This document shows positions 29,023-36,893 of a DNA stretch of 64,000 bases, piece after piece (position 1 is the first letter of the stretch; every line of letters starts with the position of its first letter). Made by a program: the position numbers and the translations under genes. A model generated the notes under the pieces. The model was not told where the DNA came from and did not search any database. It saw only the letters and a program-made list of their open reading frames with translations. Where the stretch lies: the NCBI GenBank assembly GCA_963783865.1, contig CAWAPD010000003.1, positions 485,009 through 549,008 of the forward strand, written 5' to 3'. The DNA comes from an uncultured Actinomycetes bacterium. Lineage in GTDB: Bacteria; Actinomycetota; Thermoleophilia; UBA2241.

Positions 29023-30424
29023 ACAGGGCCACCGTCTCGATGTGGTGCGTGTGCGGGAACATGTCGACGGGCGCGATCCGGCGCAGCCGGTAGCCGAGCC
29101 CGTCGAGCTGAGCCGCGTTCGCCGCCAGCGTCGTCGGGTTGCACGACACGTACACGACCCGGTCGGCGCCGAGCAGCGCCATCCGCTCCACCGCCTTCTT
29201 GCTCATGCCGGCCCGGGGAGGGTCCGCGACGACCACCGACGGCGGTGAGAAGGGCCGGGCGGCGATGCGCCGGGGGTCCTTCTCGAGCGCCGTGGCAAGC
29301 TCGGGGTCGACACCGGTCGGCGGCTCCAGGAGCAGGGCGCGCACGTCGCCGGCGCTGAACACGACGTTGCCGACGCCGTTCAGCCCGGCGTTGACGCGCG
29401 CCGCCTCGATCGCCTCTGGCTGGGCCTCCATGCCGTAGACCACGGCGGCGCTCCGGGCCAGCAGCAGGCTGATGCCGCCGATCCCGCAGTAGAGGTCGTA
29501 CGCCGGGCGGTCCGGCTCGGGCGCCGCCCAGGCGAGCGTCGTCTCGTAGAGGACGTCGCACATCGTCGAGTTCGTCTGCAGGAAGGCGAGCGCCGGCACG
29601 CGCAGCGACAGGCCGCCGAGGGTCTCGTGGAAGTGCGGCGGGCCCGAGACCATGAACGGCCCGACGCCGGTGGCGGCGTCGGCCCGCGACTCGTTGACGG
29701 TCACGGCGAACGAGGTGAAGGGCTGGGCCGCGGCGACGCGGGCGGCGAGCTCCTGCTCCTCGCGGAAGCGTGAGGTCACGAACAGGTCGAGCAGGAGCTC
29801 GCCGCTCGCCAGGCCGCGGCGCACGACCAGGTGCCGCAGCAGGCCGTGGTGGGTCTCCTGCGAGTAGGCGGGCAGGGAGAGGGCGCGGCAGGCGGTCGCG
29901 ACCGCCTGCCGCGCCCTCTCCGTCTCCTCGGGCGCCAGCCGGCAGCCGTCGCCCTCGACGATCTCGCGCCACGACCCTCGCCGGTGCAGGCCCAGAACCA
30001 GCTCGCCGTCGCGCAGGCCGAACGAGTACTCCATCTTGTTGCGGTAGCGCCAGGGGTCGTCCATGCCGCGGATCGGCTCGACGGCGAACCCCGAGAGGCC
30101 GCCGATGTGCTCGAGCGACTCCACGACCTGGCGCTGCTTGAACTCGAGCTGCGTCTCGTAGGCCATGGCCTGCCACTCGCAGCCGCCGCAGTCGCCGTGC
30201 GCCGCGCATGGGGCCTCCACCCGTCGCTCGGACGGCTCCACCACCTCGAGCAGCCGCGCCTCGGCGAACTGCGCCTTGCGGCGCGTCACCTCGGCGCGCA
30301 CCCTGTCGCCCGGCACGACTCCGCGCACGAAGACGACGAACCCGTCGTCGTGCGCCACACCCTGTCCGCCGTAGGCGAGGGTGTCGATGGCGAGCTCGAT
30401 GATGTCGCCGGGCCGAGGAGGCAT
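29009..30424 (-). CDS. rlmD: 23S rRNA (uracil-C5)-methyltransferase RlmD/RumA (TRAM + Fe-S + SAM-MTase)
   Basis: N-terminal TRAM (GDIIELAIDTLAYGGQGVAH), four-Cys cluster CAAHGDCGGCEWQ, SAM motifs DLYCGIGGISL, VVADPPRAGM; the 1013-aa ORF-track frame is real only for this 3' portion. Confidence 0.85.
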   Translation of the reverse strand: MPPRPGDIIELAIDTLAYGGQGVAHDDGFVVFVRGVVPGDRVRAEVTRRKAQFAEARLLEVVEPSERRVEAPCAAHGDCGGCEWQAMAYETQLEFKQRQVVESLEHIGGLSGFAVEPIRGMDDPWRYRNKMEYSFGLRDGELVLGLHRRGSWREIVEGDGCRLAPEETERARQAVATACRALSLPAYSQETHHGLLRHLVVRRGLASGELLLDLFVTSRFREEQELAARVAAAQPFTSFAVTVNESRADAATGVGPFMVSGPPHFHETLGGLSLRVPALAFLQTNSTMCDVLYETTLAWAAPEPDRPAYDLYCGIGGISLLLARSAAVVYGMEAQPEAIEAARVNAGLNGVGNVVFSAGDVRALLLEPPTGVDPELATALEKDPRRIAARPFSPPSVVVADPPRAGMSKKAVERMALLGADRVVYVSCNPTTLAANAAQLDGLGYRLRRIAPVDMFPHTHHIETVALFTRG

Positions 30425-30571
30425 GGGTCGAGTGTACCGTACCGGGCCGGCGTGATTGTCCACCCGGCGTGGCGAGCGTTCCCGCGCCGGCGTCTGGTAC
30501 AGTCGCTCGCGGGGCAAGGTCCGGAGGACGCCGGACACAGGGCGACGGGCGCCGGGCGCCGGGGAGACGAC

Positions 30572-32074
30572 GTGGCAGCTTTCGATGCGGACGCATACAG
30601 GCGGCGGGCCGAGCGGTTCCTCGGCGAACTCGACCTCGAGCACTACCAGCATTACGCGGGCCTGAAGGCCGACTGCGACTTCAGCTCCATCTACGGACGG
30701 TACCCCGACCTGTTCACCCGCGAGACGGTCGACACGCTGCATGGCCTGTACCTCGAGGCGGTCGACGACGACGCGCGTCGTCGTGCCTCCTACCTGCTGA
30801 ACTTCGCCACCGACGGGTTCCTCGGCGAGGCGACCAAGGAGCTCTCCGACGAGATCGCCAACCTCGAGGGCCGGGCGACGATCGAGGTCGACGGCGAGGA
30901 GATCGGCTACCGGTACTCGAGCGTGGTGCAGGCCAACGAGGCCGACGGCGGCCGGCGGCGGCGCATCTACGAGGCGCGGCTGCGGCTGACCGGTGACGCG
31001 CTGAACCCCCGCTACGAGGAACGCTGGCGCGTCCTGCACGACCTCGTGCGCGAGCTCGGGTACACGGACTACCGGGAGCTCTACTCGCAGGCCCAGGGGG
31101 TCGACTTCGGACTGCTGCGGGCCGAGATGGAGACCTTCCTGCAGGAGACCGAGGGCCTCTACCAGCGCACCCTCGACAGGATCGTTGGCGACAAGCTCGG
31201 GTTCGGCCGCGAGGAGCTGCACATCGCCGATCTGCCGTTCCTGATCAGGGCGCCCGAGTACGACCACGTGTTCACCCAGGAGGCCCTGCTGCCGACCTTC
31301 GCGCGGGTGCTCTCCGGTATGGGCGTCGACCTCGACGCCCAGAGCAATGTGCACGTCGACGCCGAGGCGCGCGAGCTCAAGTCGCCGCGCGCGTTCTGCA
31401 GCCCCGTGAGGGTGCCCGACGAGATCTACCTCGTGGTCATGCCCAAGGGCGGCCAGGACGACTACCAGGCCCTGCTCCACGAAGGTGGGCACACCGAGCA
31501 CTTCGCTCACACCCGGCCCGACCTCCCGTTCGAGTACCGGTACCTCGGCGACAACGCCGTCACCGAGGGCTTCGCCTTCATCCTCGACCACCTCGTGCTC
31601 AACGCCCGCTGGCTCGAGGAGTATCTCGAGTACGCCGACTCGCAGGGGTTCCTGAAGTTCGCCTACCTGGTCGAGCTGTACTTCCTGCGCCGCTACGCCG
31701 GCAAGCTCGCCTACGAGACCGAGCTCCACGTCCAGGAGGGACCGCTCGGCCACATGGCCGAGCGCTACCACGCGCTCCTCACCGGCGCCGTCCAGGTCGA
31801 CACGCCCGCCGTCAACTTCCTGATCGACGTCGACGACGGGTTTTACGCGGCGCACTACGTGCGGGCCTGGATGCTCGAGGGCGCCTTCCGCATGCTGTTG
31901 CAGGACCGCTTCGGCATCGAGTGGTTCCGCGAGCCCGAGGCGGCGGAGTGGCTCAAGCAGCTGTGGTCGCACGGGCAGGCGTTCACGGCCGACCAGTTGC
32001 TGCTCAAGAACGGCGGCGGGCGGCTCGACACCGGGCCCTTGCGCCTGCACCTCGAGCGCGTGCTCGGGCGCTAG
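30572..32074 (+). CDS. zinc metallopeptidase, M32 (Taq carboxypeptidase)-like / HExxH family
   Basis: HEGGHTEH zinc motif, about 500 aa, downstream GxFxxxHY and LIRAPE segments reminiscent of M32; family call tentative; GTG 30572 after GGGGAG. Confidence 0.5.
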   Translation: MAAFDADAYRRRAERFLGELDLEHYQHYAGLKADCDFSSIYGRYPDLFTRETVDTLHGLYLEAVDDDARRRASYLLNFATDGFLGEATKELSDEIANLEGRATIEVDGEEIGYRYSSVVQANEADGGRRRRIYEARLRLTGDALNPRYEERWRVLHDLVRELGYTDYRELYSQAQGVDFGLLRAEMETFLQETEGLYQRTLDRIVGDKLGFGREELHIADLPFLIRAPEYDHVFTQEALLPTFARVLSGMGVDLDAQSNVHVDAEARELKSPRAFCSPVRVPDEIYLVVMPKGGQDDYQALLHEGGHTEHFAHTRPDLPFEYRYLGDNAVTEGFAFILDHLVLNARWLEEYLEYADSQGFLKFAYLVELYFLRRYAGKLAYETELHVQEGPLGHMAERYHALLTGAVQVDTPAVNFLIDVDDGFYAAHYVRAWMLEGAFRMLLQDRFGIEWFREPEAAEWLKQLWSHGQAFTADQLLLKNGGGRLDTGPLRLHLERVLGR

Positions 32075-32075
32075 G

Positions 32076-32507
32076 TCAGCTCGCCCCCGGGTCGGCCGGG
32101 GCCGCGCCCGGGAGCGGCTGCACCAGCAGCCGCCGCCGGCGCGGCCCGTCGAACTCGGCGAAGTAGATGCCCTGCCAGGTGCCCAGCTCCAGCCGGCCTT
32201 CGTGCACCGGCACCATGCAGCTGCTGCCCATCAGGCTCGCCTTCACGTGCGCATCGGAGTTGCCCTCGAGGTGGGCGAACGGCAGGTCCGGCGGCACGAG
32301 CCGCCGCAGGGCCATGACCACATCACGGCGCACTGAGGGGTCGGCGTTCTCGTTGATCGTCACCCCGGCGGTGGTGTGCGGCACGTAGACGAGCACGGCG
32401 CCGTCCCGCAGGCCGGCGTCGTGCACCGCCTGCGCGACCTCGGCGGTCACGTCGCGCAGCTCCTCGCGCTGCGAGGTCTGGAGCGAGAGCGTGACGGGGG
32501 TGCTCAT
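32076..32507 (-). CDS. YjbQ/UPF0047 family protein (secondary thiamine-phosphate synthase-like)
   Basis: 143 aa; VYVPHTTAGVTINENADPSVRRD...HLEGNSDAHVKASLMGSS typical of YjbQ; ATG placed in frame with ORF track. Confidence 0.8.
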   Translation of the reverse strand: MSTPVTLSLQTSQREELRDVTAEVAQAVHDAGLRDGAVLVYVPHTTAGVTINENADPSVRRDVVMALRRLVPPDLPFAHLEGNSDAHVKASLMGSSCMVPVHEGRLELGTWQGIYFAEFDGPRRRRLLVQPLPGAAPADPGAS

Positions 32508-33172
32508 CGTACCCGTCCGAAGAGCCGCCGCAGCCCGCCGCCTCGCGGCGGCTCCGGCGGCGGCACCGGCCGCACCAGGCCGTTCCTGAGGGCGGTCACC
32601 ACGTCGGCCGTGCCGGTGACCGCCCGCGGGATCTCGGTGACGCACGTGAGTAGTCGGTCGACGGTGTGCGCGTCGCTGCCGCCGGTCTGGGGCTTGTCGA
32701 GCGCCATGGCCAGCTCCTCGGCGGTCCGCACGTAACGATTGCCGGTCCAGTTCCCGTTCCAGACCTCGACCGCGTCGATGCGGTCGCCCACCTGGTCGGC
32801 CAGCCCCGAGTAGTAGCTGGAGCCGCTGCGGCCGCCGCCGGCGGCGGGGTGGACCCAGACCATCGCCGCCGTATCGGGGATCTCCTCGGCCCGGGGCAGG
32901 CCCTGCACGTCCTGGAACGTCGCCAGGTAGTCGAGGTCGGGCGAGAAGAGGATGAAATCGCCGTACAGGGTCGAGATCTCCACGCCGTGCACCAGCACGA
33001 CGCCCTGCTCCGCCATCGGCCCTTCCAGAGCCAGATTGTCGGTCACGTCGCCATGGTTGGTCAGGGCGATCGCCTGCACGCCGTTCAGGCGGCAGAACGT
33101 GAGGAGGTCGCCGTAGGCGATCTGCGAGCAGTCCGAGGCCGGACAGGTGTGCACGTGGAGGTCGACGAGCAT
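32504..33172 (-). CDS. PHP-domain metal-dependent phosphoesterase (TrpH/YciV-like)
   Basis: MLVDLHVHTCPASDCS...ALTNHGDV...HGVEIS...VHPAAGG PHP motifs; ATG 33172. Confidence 0.75.
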   Translation of the reverse strand: MLVDLHVHTCPASDCSQIAYGDLLTFCRLNGVQAIALTNHGDVTDNLALEGPMAEQGVVLVHGVEISTLYGDFILFSPDLDYLATFQDVQGLPRAEEIPDTAAMVWVHPAAGGGRSGSSYYSGLADQVGDRIDAVEVWNGNWTGNRYVRTAEELAMALDKPQTGGSDAHTVDRLLTCVTEIPRAVTGTADVVTALRNGLVRPVPPPEPPRGGGLRRLFGRVR

Positions 33173-34940
33173 GATGGCCGAGTATACACTTGGCCCGGTC
33201 ATGCAGGGGACGCTGGACACCTTCAGCGTCGTCGAGGTCCTCCAGATGCTGGGGCGGGTCCGGAGCTCGGGGACGCTCCACATCGAGTGCGCCGAGCGGC
33301 AGATCGACGTCCACTTCATCCAGGGACTTATCGCGGAGACCCGCGATTCCACCCGGGTGTACGCCGACACCGTGCTCGGCAGCCTCCTCATCAAGCGCGC
33401 CCTGGTCACCGACGACCAGCTCGCCGAGGCGCTCGCCGAGCAGGAGCACAACCCCAAGCCGATCGGCACCATCCTGGTCGAGAAGGGGTTCGTGCACGAG
33501 GCCGACCTGCGCGACGTGTTGTCGCGGCAGGTCGCCAACTCGTTCCTCGCGGTCAAGACCGCCGGAGCCGGCACGTTCATGTTCGTCATCGACGAGCAGC
33601 CGCGACCCGTCGACTACATCACGATCGACACCAACAGCGTCCTCATCGAGGTCTCGTCGGTCGGCGGCGACTACGTCGTCGCCTTCAACCTGCTCGGGCA
33701 GGCGAACACCGTGCTGCTGCTCAACCGGGACTACGAGACGCTGCCCCGCCATTCGATCCCGATGGGCCGCGACGAGTTCCATGTGCTCACGCTGATCGAC
33801 GACCGGCGCACGGTGCAGGAGATCACCGACCTGAGTCACCTCGAGGAGGTGACGGTGATCAGCATCCTCGGCAAGTTCTGCGAGGCCGGGGTGCTGCTCG
33901 CGAAGGCCGAGAAGCAGGCGCGGGCGGCCGCCGACGACGAGCTGCTCGCACACCGGGACAGCGTCTGGGCCGAGGTCACGAAGATCCTCGACGACGTGAC
34001 CGGCACGGAGACGACCCTGGCCGCGCAGCCGCCGCGCAAGCAGGTCGAGCAGCCGGCCGACGCCGGCGTCGCCCTCAAGGTGGGCGACATGATCGACGGG
34101 CTCGTCGACACCGAGGTCACGCCGGCGCTCCAGGCGCTCGAGCACGACGGCGCGGCGGCGCCGTTCGACGAGGCGACGGCTGGGCCCGGGCAGACGCCGG
34201 CCGACGAGGTCGATCCGCTGGCGGCGCTGGTCGCCGCGTTCCCCGGACCGCCACCCGACGAGGCCGAGCTCGAAGACGCCGCCGGGCCGGAGCCCGGACA
34301 GGCCGCGCCTGCGGCCGCGGCGGAGACCCCCTCTGAGACACCGCCCGCGCCCCCTGTGCCTCCGGCCGTGGACGGGACCGCCGGGTTCGACTTCTCGGGC
34401 GCGACAGCGCCTGCGCCCGAGTCTCCCGCCGCGCCCGCGCCCGAGCCTCCCGCCGCGTCCGCGCCCGAGCCTCCCGCCGCGTCCGCGCCCGAGCCTCCCG
34501 CCGCGTCCGCGCCCGAGTCTCCCGCCGCGTCCGCGCCCGAGCCTCCCGCCGCGCCCGCGCCCGAGTCTCCCGCCGCGCCCGCGCCGCCCGCGGTGGGCGT
34601 CAACGGTGAGATGCCGATGCTTGCCGAACCGGTCCACCAGAGCTGGGAGGCCATCGACGGCGATGACGGCGAGCGTGACGAGCTGACCGAAGAAGAGATC
34701 GCCGCGGGCTTCTCGCGCGACATCACGCGCCCGCCGCTCGGGACCGGCATGGACCTGCCATGGGACGACGAAGAGGAGCCGGCGGCGCCGACTGCGCCCA
34801 GGGCACGCCCAGGCGCGCCCGCCACCGGCGAAAAGCCGGCGGCTCCTGCCGGCGCCGATCCCGGGTCGCCGGCTCCCGAAGGCGCCGACAAGCCGCTGCC
34901 GCCTCTCACGCCCGACGAGCTCGACGGCAAGTGGACCTGA
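33171..34940 (+). CDS. DUF4388 + T2SSE_N (GspE/MshE N-terminal-like) domain protein with Pro/Ala-rich repetitive C-terminus
   Basis: FSVVEVLQMLGRVRSSGTLHIE (DUF4388), LGSLLIKRALVTDDQLAEALAEQEHNPKPIGTILVEKGFVHEADL (T2SSE_N-like), then low-complexity PEPPAASA repeats; start ATG 33171/33174 or 33201. Confidence 0.6.
   Translation: MMAEYTLGPVMQGTLDTFSVVEVLQMLGRVRSSGTLHIECAERQIDVHFIQGLIAETRDSTRVYADTVLGSLLIKRALVTDDQLAEALAEQEHNPKPIGTILVEKGFVHEADLRDVLSRQVANSFLAVKTAGAGTFMFVIDEQPRPVDYITIDTNSVLIEVSSVGGDYVVAFNLLGQANTVLLLNRDYETLPRHSIPMGRDEFHVLTLIDDRRTVQEITDLSHLEEVTVISILGKFCEAGVLLAKAEKQARAAADDELLAHRDSVWAEVTKILDDVTGTETTLAAQPPRKQVEQPADAGVALKVGDMIDGLVDTEVTPALQALEHDGAAAPFDEATAGPGQTPADEVDPLAALVAAFPGPPPDEAELEDAAGPEPGQAAPAAAAETPSETPPAPPVPPAVDGTAGFDFSGATAPAPESPAAPAPEPPAASAPEPPAASAPEPPAASAPESPAASAPEPPAAPAPESPAAPAPPAVGVNGEMPMLAEPVHQSWEAIDGDDGERDELTEEEIAAGFSRDITRPPLGTGMDLPWDDEEEPAAPTAPRARPGAPATGEKPAAPAGADPGSPAPEGADKPLPPLTPDELDGKWT
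34414..34581 (+). repeat. seven tandem copies of a 24-bp coding repeat (GCGCCCGAGYCTCCCGCCGCGYCC, peptide PEPPAASA/PESPAAPA)
   Basis: Read directly in sequence; in-frame within the DUF4388 protein C-terminus. Confidence 0.85.
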
Positions 34941-34960
34941 CGCCAGGGGGCGCGGAGATG

Positions 34961-35000
34961 AGAAGAGGGCGGGCGGCCCGTACGGGCCGCCCGCCCTCTT
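34961..35000. terminator. bidirectional terminator hairpin between convergent genes
   Basis: 19-bp perfect stem GAAGAGGGCGGGCGGCCCG / CGGGCCGCCCGCCCTCTTC with TAC loop. Confidence 0.6.
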
Positions 35001-35040
35001 CGTTGCTACCGGCGCCCTCGGGCGCCGCGCGCGAGGACCG

Positions 35041-36429
35041 TCAGGCGGTCACGTCGCGGACGAGGTCCTCGTAGGCTGATACGTAGAGGTCGATGTCCTC
35101 GTCGGTGTGCGTGATCGACAGCGTCCACTCCTCTTCGCGGCCGGGAGCGATGATGATGCCGCGGTTGATGTTGTACAGCCATGCGAGTCCGACGAGCTCG
35201 TGGTCCTGGTACTTGATGAAGGACTCGTAGTCGGTGACCTTGGTGCTGGCGAAGTTGACGCACCCCTTGGAGCGGATGCCGACCGTGTACGCCGGGAAGT
35301 TGTACTTCTCCGCGATGGCGTCGCACTCGGTGATCAGGCGGTCGTTGAGGTAGTCGAGGCGAGCGTAGGCGGCTGGGGTCATGACCTGCTCGAAGCTGGC
35401 CCGCGCCGCGGCCATCGACAGCGGGTTGCCGCTGTAGGTGCCGACCTGGAAGACGGTGCCCTTGTGCACGATGTCCATGATCTCGTCGCTGCCGCCGATC
35501 GCCCCGCACGGGGTGCCGCCGGCGATGGCCTTGCCGAGGGTGACCATGTCGGGCACGACGCCCCAGCGCTCGATCGCGCCGCCGGCGGCGGTGCAGATGC
35601 CGGTCTTGACCTCGTCGAAGATGAGCACGATGCCGTGCTTCTTGGTGATCTCGCGGACGGCCTCGAGGTAGCCCGGCTCGGGCAGCACGACGCCGAGGTT
35701 CATCATCGCCGGCTCCATGATCAGGCAGGCCGGCTTGCGGCCCTCGGCGATGAGCTTCTCGATGCGCGCCTCCATCATCGCCGGGTCGTTGAACGGGACC
35801 GGGATGGTCATGTCGATCGACGACTGGGGGATGCCGGCGCCGTACGACATCGACTTGTAGTTGTCGCGCGGCCCGATCTGGCCGAAGTCCGTCACGCCGA
35901 TCGAGACCATGACGTAGTCGTGATGGCCGTGGTACGAGCCGAAGATCTTCATGATCGTCTCACGGCCGGTGAAGCCGCGCGCGACGCGGATGGCGTCCAT
36001 CGTCGCCTCGGAGCCGGAGTTCACGAAACGCCACTTCGGCAGCTTGAAGGTCTCGGCGAGGTGCTCGGCCATGATGACGCCGTCCTCGGTGGGCAGGCCG
36101 AACTGCGTGCCGAGGGGAGCCCGCTTCTGGATCGCTTCGACGATGACGGGGTGGGCGTGGCCCTGGACCATGCAGCCGAAGCCGTTGTGGAAGTCGCTCA
36201 ACTCCTGGCCGTCGACCGAGTAGATCTTGGATCCCTTGCCGTGGGTGAAATAGACGGGATACGGATCGCGCGCGTGGTACGTGGAGGCGACGCCCATCGG
36301 CATCGACTTGACCGCGCGCTTGTACAGCTCATAGGACTTGGGAGTGGCCTGCTCGAGGCGCTTCTCCTCCTTGTCCGTCAGCTCCGTGATGCGCTTGCGG
36401 TCGATCTGGACGGGGGTACTCGACGTCAT
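35041..36429 (-). CDS. class-III PLP-dependent aminotransferase (glutamate-1-semialdehyde 2,1-aminomutase family)
   Basis: SGSEA, FDEVKTG (PLP-lysine region), TLGKAIAGG motifs; ATG 36429 12 nt after AAGGAG. Confidence 0.85.
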   Translation of the reverse strand: MTSSTPVQIDRKRITELTDKEEKRLEQATPKSYELYKRAVKSMPMGVASTYHARDPYPVYFTHGKGSKIYSVDGQELSDFHNGFGCMVQGHAHPVIVEAIQKRAPLGTQFGLPTEDGVIMAEHLAETFKLPKWRFVNSGSEATMDAIRVARGFTGRETIMKIFGSYHGHHDYVMVSIGVTDFGQIGPRDNYKSMSYGAGIPQSSIDMTIPVPFNDPAMMEARIEKLIAEGRKPACLIMEPAMMNLGVVLPEPGYLEAVREITKKHGIVLIFDEVKTGICTAAGGAIERWGVVPDMVTLGKAIAGGTPCGAIGGSDEIMDIVHKGTVFQVGTYSGNPLSMAAARASFEQVMTPAAYARLDYLNDRLITECDAIAEKYNFPAYTVGIRSKGCVNFASTKVTDYESFIKYQDHELVGLAWLYNINRGIIIAPGREEEWTLSITHTDEDIDLYVSAYEDLVRDVTA

Positions 36430-36785
36430 TCTTCATTCACTCCTTACGCACAGGGACATCAGAAAGGACTGACAGGAGTTCGGGCGATTACCACCTCGCT
36501 GTTCATGCTCGACCCGAGCGTCCGGGAAGCGATGCCCCGGAGCCCTTTCCGCCCCCTGACCCGAGAGCGTCACAGACCGGAACGGCTGCGTCGACAGTCT
36601 ATCGCAGAACGGTGCAGCATGTCGCAAACGGCAGCAAGCTTGCCCAATCGGCAGCCGATTCGGAAGCACACCTTCGCCGCCGATACCCGGCCCGACGGCG
36701 TTCCGTGCGGCCGTCGAACACCCGTGCCCGGCCTGCCGCCGGGCACTCATCCTATCGGGCCCTGCCGCCACCGGCAAAGAGAAAC

Positions 36786-36864
36786 GGGGCGGCTGCCTGT
36801 CGGCAGCCGCCCCGCTGACGAAGAAGGGCGGGGCCCTCACGGGCCCCGCCCTTCGATCCCCTTG
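36786..36864 (-). terminator. two tandem GC hairpins (36833-36864 and 36786-36813) after the cytochrome gene, second followed on the minus strand by GUUUCUCUUU
   Basis: GAAGGGCGGGGCCC-TCAC-GGGCCCCGCCCTTC and GGGGCGGCTGCC-TGTC-GGCAGCCGCCCC. Confidence 0.6.
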
Positions 36865-36893
36865 TCGAGCCCGGAGGCTCGGGCAGAGGCGTG

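Noticed and set aside
29009-32050. 1013-aa minus-strand ORF
   Set aside because: Real only for its 3' 472 codons (rlmD). The remainder is antisense to the M32-like peptidase gene.
34414-34581. Possible CRISPR array (regular 24-bp repeats)
   Set aside because: The repeats are contiguous with no spacers, in frame within a protein-coding region, and encode PEPPAASA. No cas genes nearby.
32076-34637. 853-aa minus-strand ORF
   Set aside because: Only the last 143 codons (yjbQ) are genuine. Upstream portion is antisense to the DUF4388 gene and the PHP gene, in another frame.
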